Assembly: GCA_025558095.1 (NCBI GenBank)
Contig: JAIVFI010000037.1
Location: 1-64,000, forward strand
DNA from: Hyaloraphidium curvatum SAG 235-1
Taxonomy: Eukaryota > Fungi > Monoblepharomycota
DNA length: 64,000 nt
Direction: 5' to 3'
Part shown: one piece after another, positions 19,808 to 29,987 of the stretch
How the letters are laid out: every line of letters starts with the position of its first letter
Position numbering within the stretch: the stretch's first letter is position 1
The notes under the pieces: model-generated
Database searches by the model: none
The model's input: the letters and a program-made list of their open reading frames with translations, nothing else
What the model was told of the DNA's origin: nothing
Translations under genes and position numbers: made by a program

Positions 19808-22800
19808 ATGTTTCGGAAGAAAGCCGCCGCGAAGCCTGAGAGCACGGAGAGCGCGGAGGAGTGCTTCAGCCGGGGCTATAAGCTCTACACCGGCGATGGC
19901 GTGCCCCAGGACCTGGCCGAGGCCGCAAAGTGGTTCCGCAAGGCTGCAGAGAAGGGACACGCAATGGGGCAGAACAATCTCGGCGTGCTCTATCGGGACG
20001 GTTCGGGCGTCGTTCAGGACCTTGATGAGGCCGCGCGGTGGTTCCGAAAGTCGGCCGACCAGGGCAACGCCCTTGGGCAGTGTAACCTCGGCGCGTGCTA
20101 CGAGAACGGCTCGGGCGTGGCCAAGGACCTCGCCGAAGCTCTGCGGTGGTATCGCAAATCGGCCGACCAGGGCAACGCGTACGGGCAGAAGGATTTGGGA
20201 CGGTGCTACGAGAACGGCTTGGGCGTCTCCAAGGACCTCGCAGAGGCCGCCAAGTGGTACCGCAAGTCGGCCGACCAGGGCAACGTGATCGCGCAGTACA
20301 ATCTCGGACGGTGCTACGAGAACGGCTGGGGCGTGGCCAAGGACCTTGTCGAAGCTGAGCGGTGGTACCGCAAGGCGGCCGACCAGGAGAACGTGATCGC
20401 GCAGTACAGTCTCGGACGGTGCTACGAGAACGGCTGGGGCGTTGCGCAGGACTATGCCGAAGCAGCACGGTGGTACCGCATGTCGGCCGAGCAGGGGGAC
20501 GCCTACGGCCAGAGGGCCCTCGGAACCTGCTACGAGAACGGCCGGGGCGTGGCCAAGGATCTTGCCGAGGCCGCGAAGTGGTACCGCAAGGCGGCCGACC
20601 AGGGCAACGCGATCGGGCAACACGACCTGGGACGGTGCTACGAGAACGGCTGGGGCGTGGCCAAGGACCTCCTCTTAGCTGAGAGGTGGTACCGCAAGTC
20701 GGCCGACCAGGGGAACGTGATCGCGCAGTCCGAAGTCGGACGGTGCTACGAGAACGGCTGGGGAGTGACCAAGGACCTTGCCCAGGCTGCAAAGTGGTAC
20801 CGCAAGTCGGCGGACCAGGGCAACGCCAGCGGGCAGGTCAACCTCGGACGGTGCTACGAGAACGGCTGGGGCGTGGCCAAGGATCTTGCCGAGGCCGCGA
20901 GGTGGTACCGCAAGGCGGCCGACCAGGGCAACGCGATCGGGCAACACGACCTGGGACGGTGCTACGAGAACGGCTGGGGCGTGGCCAAGGACCTCGTCTT
21001 AGCTGGGAGGTGGTACCGCAAGTCGGCCGACCAGGGGAACGTGATCGCGCAGTCCGAACTCGGACGGTGCTACGAGAACGGCTGGGGAGTGACCAAGGAC
21101 CTTGCCCAGGCTGCAAAGTGGTACCGCAAGTCGGCGGACCAGGGCAACGCCAGCGGGCAGGTCAACCTCGGACGGTGCTACGAGAACGGCTGGGGCGTGG
21201 CCAAGGACCTCGCCGAGGCTGCACTGTGGTACCGCAAGTCGGCGGACCAGGGCAATGCGCAGGGACAGCTCAACGTCGGACGATGCTACGAGAACGGATG
21301 GGACGTTGCGCAGGACCAGACCGAGGCGGTGCGGTGGTACCGCAAATCGGCCGACCAGGGCTACGCGTACGGCCAGTTCGCCCTCGGTCTCTGCTACGAG
21401 TACGGCAAGGCCGTCGAAGTCAATTTCACCTTGGCCCTGGATCTGTACCAGAAGGCCGCGGCACAGGGTCTTGAGGAGGCAAAGCAGGGCGTGGAGCGGG
21501 TGCAGATAGCCATCAATGAGCAGCGGGCTGCAGAGGAGCGCCGACGGAGAGAAGAGGCCGAGGCTGCCGAGCGGAGCCGTGCAGCTGCCGAGGGCCGCGC
21601 GAGGCAGGAAGCGGAAGCGGATGCGCGACGCCGGCGGGAGGAAAACTTGGCGAAGGAACGCGAGAGGCTGGAGCTCGTGGAGGCGGAAGCCGAAGCCCGT
21701 CGCCGCCGGGAGGAGGACCTGGCCCACGAGCGCGAGAGGCTGGAGCTCCAGCGCCGACGGATGGAGCTCGAGAACGAGGCCAAGGCGAAGGAGCTGGCGC
21801 TGCTTGCCGAAAGGTTGAAGCTGGAGCAGGAGCTCGCGGCGTTGAAGGTCCCGCAAGCCCAGACCCGGCTCGACGGATCGGCGCGGACGGCTGTTCCCAG
21901 CGCTCCTGGGAGCGCGGCCACGGATCGCACTGCCGACGAGGCCGGCAAGCCCAACCTGGCGCGTTCCAAGACCTCGTTCTGGGTGGAAGAGGCCGACATT
22001 TCCTACGACCGGTCGAGCTGCCTCGGCAAGGGCGGCTTCGGGGTCGTCTATCGGGGCAAGTATCTTGACCTGACGGACGTGGCCGTCAAGGTGGCCCTCG
22101 ACACGTACAGCACGGAGGAAGCCAACGTCTTTCTCGAGGCCGAGGTCAAAATCTGGGCCGAGCTGCCAGCCCACGACAACGGTGAGCGGAAGGATGGCGT
22201 CTGCCGCTGCGCGTCCTTGCTTATTCCGTCTTCTGCCAGTGGTCGCGCTGCTCGGCTACCGCACCTCCCCGACGTTCCTGGTCACCAAGCTCTTCACGGG
22301 CGGGAGCATGAAGAGCTTCCTCGCCGCCCGGAACTGGGACCTCGCCCTCGCGCTGCACCTCCTCGGCGACGCCGCCGTCGGCATGACCTTTCTCCACTCC
22401 AAGGGCGTCATCCACTCGGACCTCAAGGCCGAGAACGTGCTCGTCGAGGACGGCACCCGGATGCCCGTCGCCAAGATTGCCGATTTCGGCCTGGCCAAGG
22501 TGCGCACGCGGGTCGAGGACACCAAGGGGAACAAGGCGTACCAGTACAAGGGGCTCGCGGGGGCGACGATACGCTACGCGCCGCCCGAGTTCTTCGACGA
22601 GGAGCCGCTGCGCAAGCCGTCGGACGTGTGGACGTTCGGGATGATGTGCTACCAGGTGCTTTCGGGCGGCCGGGACCCGTTCTCGGACCTCACGAATCCG
22701 CCGGCTGTGAGTTGGCATTCGGCGCGAGCTTCCCGGCCTTGCTAACTGTTTTGCAGGTCATGAAGGCCATCTTTGGCGGCAAGCGCCCGCCGAGGCCCGA

Positions 22801-22915
22801 CAACGTGCCGGATGCCGTGTGGTCGCTGGTGCAGTCGTGCTGGAAGGAGGAGATGGGGGAGAGGCCGACGATGGCCGAGGTGGCGAGGGAGCTCATCCGC
22901 ATCAGGGGTCGCTAG
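19808..22915 (+). CDS. Sel1-repeat (15 units) / coiled-coil / TKL-type protein kinase, copy 2
   Basis: Same architecture as copy 1; kinase exons almost identical; two introns at the same positions. Confidence 0.92.
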   Translation: MFRKKAAAKPESTESAEECFSRGYKLYTGDGVPQDLAEAAKWFRKAAEKGHAMGQNNLGVLYRDGSGVVQDLDEAARWFRKSADQGNALGQCNLGACYENGSGVAKDLAEALRWYRKSADQGNAYGQKDLGRCYENGLGVSKDLAEAAKWYRKSADQGNVIAQYNLGRCYENGWGVAKDLVEAERWYRKAADQENVIAQYSLGRCYENGWGVAQDYAEAARWYRMSAEQGDAYGQRALGTCYENGRGVAKDLAEAAKWYRKAADQGNAIGQHDLGRCYENGWGVAKDLLLAERWYRKSADQGNVIAQSEVGRCYENGWGVTKDLAQAAKWYRKSADQGNASGQVNLGRCYENGWGVAKDLAEAARWYRKAADQGNAIGQHDLGRCYENGWGVAKDLVLAGRWYRKSADQGNVIAQSELGRCYENGWGVTKDLAQAAKWYRKSADQGNASGQVNLGRCYENGWGVAKDLAEAALWYRKSADQGNAQGQLNVGRCYENGWDVAQDQTEAVRWYRKSADQGYAYGQFALGLCYEYGKAVEVNFTLALDLYQKAAAQGLEEAKQGVERVQIAINEQRAAEERRRREEAEAAERSRAAAEGRARQEAEADARRRREENLAKERERLELVEAEAEARRRREEDLAHERERLELQRRRMELENEAKAKELALLAERLKLEQELAALKVPQAQTRLDGSARTAVPSAPGSAATDRTADEAGKPNLARSKTSFWVEEADISYDRSSCLGKGGFGVVYRGKYLDLTDVAVKVALDTYSTEEANVFLEAEVKIWAELPAHDNGERKDGVCRCASLLIPSSASGRAARLPHLPDVPGHQALHGREHEELPRRPELGPRPRAAPPRRRRRRHDLSPLQGRHPLGPQGRERARRGRHPDARRQDCRFRPGQGAHAGRGHQGEQGVPVQGARGGDDTLRAARVLRRGAAAQAVGRVDVRDDVLPGAFGRPGPVLGPHESAGCELAFGASFPALLTVLQVMKAIFGGKRPPRPDNVPDAVWSLVQSCWKEEMGERPTMAEVARELIRIRGR

Positions 22916-23084
22916 GAGTCAAAATCATCAAAGCATTGCAATCCAATACTGTTTCGATGACTTCGATGTCTGCCGCCTAAGAACGCATGGCTCTGCGGGT
23001 GATCCGAGTAGACGTCAGAGTGAGCGGCCCGCCGGTGGCCAATCCGGCTTCCATCCCCAACTCGATTGTCGACCACGCGCCGCC

Positions 23085-24887
23085 ATGTCCGCCGAGGCGG
23101 CCTCGTGGCTCGCCCTGCCGTCGGCGACGACGTTCCTCCTCGTCGCCGCCGTGGCGCTTCTCGCGTACGAGCTGATACGGAGAACATGGTTCTCGTTCGA
23201 CGACGACCTGCCGCTCCTCATGGGCCTGCCGTTCCTGAACCGGCCGCCCGCGGACCGTATCCGCGACATGCACGACTTTGAGAAGGGTGGGCTGCCGCGC
23301 AGGCGGGTCTCCAGAGCGCGCTGGCTGACGTGCTCGGCCGCAGAGCTCACATGGAAGCTCAAGACACCCGTGTACCGCACCATGTCCTACCTGAAGCCGT
23401 GGACGCGCTCGGTGCTCATCGGTGACCCGGCCATACTGAAGGAGATCTACGTCGGCGCGGCCGGGGGCTGGGAGAAGTTTGACCGCGGGCACCCGTATCA
23501 GGACTCCATGCAGCACCACGCCGGGGGTCTGATCCTGATCAAGAACGGGCAGCGCTGGCGCGAGGCACGCGAGGCGCTGGGCAACAAGACGTTCTCCTCG
23601 ACCACGATGCGGACCTACGTGCCCATCCTGAGGGAGCAGTTCACCATCATGCTGGAGCAGATTGAGCGGCGGCTGCGCGAGAGCGGCAAAGACACGGTGG
23701 ACCTGCAGGACATCTATTCCAACATGACTTTCGACATGATCTGCCGCCTCGTCTTTGGCGAGTCGGTGCACGCCCAGACGTCCCCCGAAGGCGCGGCCTA
23801 CCTCCACGCCTGGGACGGCGTCCTCGGCCTTGCCAACATCCTCTCCCTGCTCCACTCGCTGGTCGACAAATGGGTCTGGAAGCTGTTCCCCAAGATCTAC
23901 AACAAGTTCAACACCGACCTCACCAAGATCCAGTCGCTCGTGGACGACAACGTCCAGCGGCGGAAACGCGGCGAGGACCTCGACCGCGTGTCGATCCTGG
24001 ACGACCTGTTCCGCAACGAGAAGGCCCCCGCATGGCTCAAGGAGGACGCCAACGTCAAGCAGCAGCTCATCACCTTGCTCTTCGCCGGCCACGACGTGGG
24101 CCCGACGTGCCGCTCTCGCCACGACCTCCCTGACATCTCCACCCGCAGACCACCGCCGCCCTCCTCTCCTTCCTCACCTACGAGCTCGCTGCCCACCCCG
24201 ACTGGCAGCGCCGCGTGCGCGAGGAGGTCGTCGAGGCCTTTGGCACCGACACCTCGGAGCTCATCACCAACCTCGACAAGCTCGAGGCCATGCCGGTGCT
24301 AAATGCGTGCATCAAGGAGACCCTCCGGATGTACCCCTCGGCGCCGTTCGGCGCGGGGAGGGTGATGAACACGGATTACCTGTTCAAGTACACGGACCCC
24401 CTGACGGGCAAGCCGAGGCAGATCGACCTGAGGAAGGGCGGTGCGTGGTGCGATGGCGTGATGCGGTCCTTGGCTCACTTTGCCCTGCACAGACTCGATT
24501 CGCCCGTCGATGTACATCGCGCAGATGTACCAACCTTTTTGGGACCCCGCGTACGGCCCGGTCACCGAGTGGAACCCCGACCGCTTCCTCAAGGACCCCA
24601 ACGGCGGCGCCATCTCCATGTACTGCTACGCTCCGGTGGGTCGCCGTGCCGCACGCTCCGGCCGACTTGCAGCTCACCACGCCCTTCCCGCCGCGCAGTT
24701 CGGCAACGGCGCCCGTCGGTGCGCGGGCGAGCGGCTCGCCCTGTCCGAGGCGCGGCTGACCATCTCGGAGCTGGCGCGGCGGTACGAGTGGCGGATGCAG
24801 GACGGGTTTAAGTTCGCGGTCCTCATGACTGGAACGATAAAGGCACGGGACGGGGTGAAGGTGGTGATGAAGAAGCTGCAGAGGTAG
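23085..24887 (+). CDS. Cytochrome P450 (multi-exon)
   Basis: N-terminal TM anchor, LLFAGHD|T I-helix, KETLR, WNPDRF, FGNGARRCAGE heme motif. Confidence 0.93.
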
Positions 24888-25026
24888 AACTAGAATAGAG
24901 GCGGCGATTCGCCGACGTGTTGGTTGAAACGGGTAGGACCGAACGATACAAGCAAAGAAAGACATGTTTTCACGGCAGCCAACAAGCCGGAATCCCCAAC
25001 GGCATCCAAGAATGAGCAGACGAGGT

Positions 25027-26022
25027 TCAGTTGGGGTCACAAGAGCCCGACACGCAACTCCCCGCACAGGTTCTGTTACAGCCCCCGCAATGCGCCGGGT
25101 CCTCCAAGATGTTGAAGCACGCGGTGCCGCACTTGTCGAGCCCCGACCCGTCGCACAGGCATTCGCCGTTCATGCAAATCTGCCAGGCACCGCACTCTGT
25201 TCCGCACTCCCCGCAGTGGGCCTGGTTGTCGTTTGTGTCGACGCATCCGTCGGGATCGCACAGCGTTCCGGAGTCGCACTCGCACTTGCTGTTCGTGCAG
25301 GTCTGGCCGGCGTCGCAGGCTAAAGGGGGAGAGTGGGGATCAGATGGGGTTCAAGGATAACCATGCCCCGCGATCCCCAAGAACCAACAAGTCACGCAGT
25401 CCCCGCAGTAGATGTTGTCCGAGGTGGTGTCGCGGCACAGATCGTCGCAGACTTCGCCCCCGCCGGGGCACTCGCATGTCCCGGCGACGCAGACCTGACC
25501 GCCCCCGATGGCGGTGCAGTCTGGAAATCCGTCAGATTGCCGGTTCCTGTGCCGCCAATGGCAGCAGTTTACCCACTGTTCCCGCACGTCCCGCAATCGT
25601 TGGCGTCGATCGAGGAGTTGGCGACGCAGTACGTCGTGCAGTCGAGCTGCCCCGGGCCGCAGCGGGGGGCGTCGTAGCGCCTGTAGAGCTTCGCGTAGAG
25701 CTCGATATCCGAGTCGACGCAGGCAACGTGGCCTCGCGGCGTGCCTGGGAAGCCGTACTCGCTGGCCGGGATGAGGATCAGCGGACGCGAAACGGGCCGG
25801 GGCATGCCGCCCGGTCGCGGGCCACCGTACCAAAACCTGTCCACATCGCAGTCTGCACAGGTGCGGCGAAACACAGCCCCCTGGCCGGCCCTGGGCGCAG
25901 GCCTGGGGAGGCGTGGGAGCGCGATTCAGTGGGTGGACCCGGCAGGGACGCGGCCGCGCCTGCACCCACGAGGAGGCGGCCCCCGCGAGCATTGCCAGCA
26001 GCAGCGCAATGCGGAGGATCAT
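25027..26022 (-). CDS. Secreted Cys-rich repeat protein (STIG1-like DxxxCGxCG repeats); apparent frameshift near 25875
   Basis: Signal peptide MILRIALLLAMLAGAASS; repeats IDANDCGTCGN, SDNIYCGDC, DNQAHCGECGTEC, EDPAHCGGCNRTC across introns. Confidence 0.65.
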
Positions 26023-26427
26023 GGTAGGCTATGGTGGTGCGGAATGGGCCGGATCAGCCCCCGGCGGCCCGGTGTGGGTGTGTCCCCAAAACGCAATGAT
26101 CCTGCGGGGTGTTGCGCACAGCCCGCGTGCCAAGGCCGGGTGGAGATAGGGGTCTTTCCCAGATCCCCTTCCGGCCTGGTGGGAGAAGCGGCGGTTTTGA
26201 AAGGAACTGGCTTCATCCTCGGGATTGCGACTCGGAGCGGCCTTGGTGGGGGTTGCAGGAGTGGGTCTGGTAAGGCGGCCACGAACCTCCAGAGCAGGGA
26301 TTCGTACATGCGCGCCCCAACCGTGTCTGCTCTCATCGATACCACCAGATGCCCTATCCCGCGACAAACGAGCCCGCCGATCCGCGACCCCACCGCCCAC
26401 GCCCACGTTCCGTTCCACCCGCACCCC

Positions 26428-28227
26428 TCACGGCCTCTTGAGCACGTTCCGCTCCGTCCTCGCCATCACCCCCGCCCACTCCCTCCCCCTCCTCGTCGAC
26501 TCGTCCAGCACCTGGTCCGCCCACGCCCGCGTCCTCAGCCTCCTCGCCACGCGGCCCCAGACGGGGTTGCACACGGCCCTCCCCAGCGTCCCCTCCCCCA
26601 AGACGCGCGGATCGTCCAGCTGCGGCTCCGCCACGTCCCGCCAGAACCGCGGCAGGTCGTGCATCCCCCCCTCCCCCAGCAGAAGCGCGTGCAGCAGCGC
26701 CGCGACCACCTCGTCCGGCGGCAGCGCCGCCTGCCCCCTGCACTCGGCCGCCAGCCGCGTCTCGCCCCTGTACAGGCACTTTGCCCACCACCCCCTCGCC
26801 TCGTCCGCCCCCGGGGACGTCGGAGACACCCCGTACGCGTCCATCTCGGCGAGCAGCCCCTCTGCGGCCCGGCGGTCGGGGTAGGCCAGCATCCCCGCGC
26901 AGGCAAACAGCGCGCCCGCCGACCGCGCGAGCGGCGTCGGGCGGACGGCGGCCCAGTGCTTCCTGACCACCCTCAACGCCTCGTCCCGCTCGCCCCGCGC
27001 GGCTAGGGCCTCGGCCACGCGCACGACGTCGGGGGTGCAGGTGGGGTCCTCGAGCCAGGGGGCGTACGCCGCCCGGGCGCCGTCGGGGTCGTTGGCCAGC
27101 ACGCGGGCGACGGCGAGCGACATCCTCACCGAGCGGAGGTGGCGGTCCCGCGCGTGGGGAGGGTACGCGCCCAGGATGTCGGTCACGGCGCGGACCATGC
27201 CGTGCGAGGCAAAGGCCTCGGCGAGCGCGGCGTCCAGGGCAAAAGCGGGCGGGGGGGATTCGGTGCGGGGGAGCACGCGCATCGCGGCGGTGTGCCATTC
27301 CCGCGCGCGGGGGTACGACAGGCGGCCGGCGGCGACGATCAGGTCGGTGAAGGCCGAGAGGGGGGGGAGAGCGTCGTCGTGGGGGCCGGTGCGGCGCGGG
27401 GTTGTCGAGGCCTTGGACAGGTACGCCTTCATGACGTCCTCGGCGTCGTCCACCCTCGGCGGGTCGTCGGAGAGCAGCGCCGACGCGGCATGGCCGGCCC
27501 AGGTGCCCGACATTTCCCCGCCGCCCTCGATGTGCAGCGCCAGGCAGGCCATGGCTTCCTCGAAAGAGCCGGAAAGCGCGTCCATGGCGGCCTCGAGCGC
27601 CAGGGGAGGGACGGGCGCCCGCCGCCGCGCAGCGAGCTCGTGGAGCGCCATGCTGACCACACGTTGGCGAGTGGCCAGCCACGGGACGTCCCTCAGCGCC
27701 AATAAAAGCTCGATCAGCGACGCGTTGTCGACCAAATGCACCCGTCCCGATCGGCAGGCGGTGTCGAACGCCGCCGCGGCCTGCACTGCCTCGCCCTCCT
27801 GGAGGTGCGTCCGCATGCGGTTTGCGGGGGCCACGCCGGGCGCCACGGCGGGGGCGAGGCGGCCTTCGCGGTCCCGCACGGCCCGCAGAGCACGCGGGTT
27901 GCGCAGCGGGTGGTGCGCCTCGGCGATGGCCAGCACGCGCTCCGGCCAGCCCGATGGCAGGGAGGGCGGGGGCCGTTCGCGCTCCGCCTGCTCCCGGGCG
28001 TCCCGGACCGCCTGCCGCACTTCCTCCGCCCTCTCAGCAACTTCCTCGGTGATTCCCTCGACGCGCATGTTGGCGAAAGACAGGGTCGACTGCCGCGCCC
28101 GCGTTGGCGTCCGGCCGCCGGCAAAGGGCGCCACCGCGCCGCACGCCTCCGCCGCCCCGCGATGGCCCGCCGCCGCGAAGCACGAGTGCCGTCCGGCGAG
28201 CCCGCGGCGGGCAAGGCGGGGCAGCAT
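26428..28227 (-). CDS. Probable mitochondrial helical-repeat (PPR-like) protein
   Basis: Presequence-like MLPRLARRGLAGRHS; long Ala/Leu/Arg-rich helical ORF with PPR-like AEGLLAEMDAYGVSPT. Confidence 0.5.
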   Translation of the reverse strand: MLPRLARRGLAGRHSCFAAAGHRGAAEACGAVAPFAGGRTPTRARQSTLSFANMRVEGITEEVAERAEEVRQAVRDAREQAERERPPPSLPSGWPERVLAIAEAHHPLRNPRALRAVRDREGRLAPAVAPGVAPANRMRTHLQEGEAVQAAAAFDTACRSGRVHLVDNASLIELLLALRDVPWLATRQRVVSMALHELAARRRAPVPPLALEAAMDALSGSFEEAMACLALHIEGGGEMSGTWAGHAASALLSDDPPRVDDAEDVMKAYLSKASTTPRRTGPHDDALPPLSAFTDLIVAAGRLSYPRAREWHTAAMRVLPRTESPPPAFALDAALAEAFASHGMVRAVTDILGAYPPHARDRHLRSVRMSLAVARVLANDPDGARAAYAPWLEDPTCTPDVVRVAEALAARGERDEALRVVRKHWAAVRPTPLARSAGALFACAGMLAYPDRRAAEGLLAEMDAYGVSPTSPGADEARGWWAKCLYRGETRLAAECRGQAALPPDEVVAALLHALLLGEGGMHDLPRFWRDVAEPQLDDPRVLGEGTLGRAVCNPVWGRVARRLRTRAWADQVLDESTRRGREWAGVMARTERNVLKRP

Positions 28228-28540
28228 CGCCGGGAGGGGAGCTGGGGAGGGGAGACGCAGGGCCGACCGGCGCGCTTGTCGTTTTGTTTGATCGTCCGCC
28301 GCGGACCTCACCGCATTCCAGCCACGGCCTGAAGTTCTCCAGCAAGACGGCCATCAGCGCCGCGGAAGCCTCGGGGCCGGCTTGCGCAATAGCTCGCGTC
28401 GGAAGGCGCGGGCATCGTTGTTTACTTGCGTCCAGGCCCCGGTGCCGTCGCCGCGTTGATGGACTCAAGCAAAGGGGAAAGATCGCCCAGACTTCGAGGC
28501 TCTAAACGATCGCATCCACCGCCATGAAGCCGGCCGTTTG

Positions 28541-29815
28541 TCACGCCGGGGCCGGCACCACCCGCGCCCGCACCGCCTCCTCCAAGAAGGATCCCCACAT
28601 CTCCCCCGGCGGCGGCAACCCCTCCGCCCCCGCGAACCCATGCGCCCGCAGCTTCTCGAGCGAAAACTCCGAGTCGTGCGGGTGCACGAACGACAGGTCC
28701 AGGAACCCGTTCAGCAGGCTGCCCAGCGGGACGTCCAGCATCCCGGGATTCCCCGCCCGCACGCGGGCCCACGCCTCCTCCGCGGCCTCCCGTCCGCCCA
28801 GCAGTTCCACCGCCGACGTCCCCCTCACTTGGTCCGCCGGTCCCCGAGGAGGCATGCGGAACCACCGCGCGATCGCGGCCCACGTCTCCTCCCACGGCGT
28901 GCCCTGCGCCGACACGGCGTTGAACGCCTCCCCCTCCGGCCCGTCCAGGGCGGCCCACGCAGCGACCTCTGCGATCCGCGCCGGGGTGGCGAACGAGTCC
29001 TTCCTCGCGTACGCCGCCGCACACCCCGGGAAAGCCAGCGGCTTTCCCATGGCCTTGAGCAGCGATGCGTACACCGCGATGTTCAGGCCGAGGTTCTGCA
29101 GCCCGGGCGGAAACGACCGCGGCAGGCCTACAATGAAGCCCGGGCGGACGAAGGAGCATTTGAACCCCCTTCGCGAGGCGTGCTCCCGCACCGCGGCCTC
29201 GGCGACGGTGTAGGACATGGTCCCGGGGCAGCGAGACCTGTCCTCGTCGAAGGGGAGGGAGTAGCCCGCCCATAGCGCGGGCCCCAGATGCATGCCGTAG
29301 AGTTTCCCGCCCGTGGAGAGGGTGAAGCTCTCCAATTCGGCGCCGGCGCCGTCCAGCGCGTCCAGGAACCCCGCGATCCACTTGTCGTTGGGCGCCCCCG
29401 CGTCCGACCCCGCGTCGGCGGCCAGCCGCGTGTACAGCGCGTCCCTCACGCGGCCGGGAAGCATCCTGGCCACCCCGCGCACGGCGCCTGTCCTGTCCGC
29501 CCGCCGCAGCGCCGCGCGGAGGGTCGCCGGGTGCGCGGGCATGGCCGCCTTTTTCGACGCCTCGGCGAACCAGAACACGTGCGTGATCCGCCGCGCCGCG
29601 CCGCCGAGCGACGATAGCGCGGTCGCGACGGAGGAGGGGTCGGAGATGTCGGCGCGGAGGTCGGCGTGGGCGCCGGGCACCGGCAGCGCGGGCGGCGACC
29701 GCGACACGGAAACGACGCGCGAAAAAGCGCCCCGCTTCACGAGATGCGCCGCCATCCCGGCACCGGCGGTGCCGGTTCCTCCCACAACGACCGCAATGCG
29801 CTGCCCGGCAGTCAT
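28541..29815 (-). CDS. PRISE/VEP1-like atypical SDR (progesterone 5-beta-reductase family)
   Basis: VVVGGTGTAG Rossmann motif, ITHVFW, LSTGGKLYG, VRPGFIVG, GKPLAFPG, GEAFN, SLEKLRAHGF. Confidence 0.75.
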   Translation of the reverse strand: MTAGQRIAVVVGGTGTAGAGMAAHLVKRGAFSRVVSVSRSPPALPVPGAHADLRADISDPSSVATALSSLGGAARRITHVFWFAEASKKAAMPAHPATLRAALRRADRTGAVRGVARMLPGRVRDALYTRLAADAGSDAGAPNDKWIAGFLDALDGAGAELESFTLSTGGKLYGMHLGPALWAGYSLPFDEDRSRCPGTMSYTVAEAAVREHASRRGFKCSFVRPGFIVGLPRSFPPGLQNLGLNIAVYASLLKAMGKPLAFPGCAAAYARKDSFATPARIAEVAAWAALDGPEGEAFNAVSAQGTPWEETWAAIARWFRMPPRGPADQVRGTSAVELLGGREAAEEAWARVRAGNPGMLDVPLGSLLNGFLDLSFVHPHDSEFSLEKLRAHGFAGAEGLPPPGEMWGSFLEEAVRARVVPAPA

Positions 29816-29987
29816 CCGGGCGGGTTGCGGGGGGAGGAAGTTATTTAGCCTACAGAGCGCGGGCGGCGATCGGCGGCGCCAAAGCGGGTTCAACACGACC
29901 AGGCCCTCCGCGGCGCAGGAAAAATGGCGGGCATTCTGGTGTTCCAAAGATCTATACGTCCTCTATCTTCCCATCATCCAGCCCCGT

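Larger units (their letters stand above)
14728..23122 (+). repeat. Tandem segmental duplication (about 14728-18755 and 18770-23122): COX6B, Sel1-kinase, P450 start
   Basis: Collinear similarity of COX6B, spacer, kinase and 3' flank; a remnant of the P450 start (atgtccgcc..gcctcg..gctcgcc..gccgtc) at 18716 matches 23085. Confidence 0.85.
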
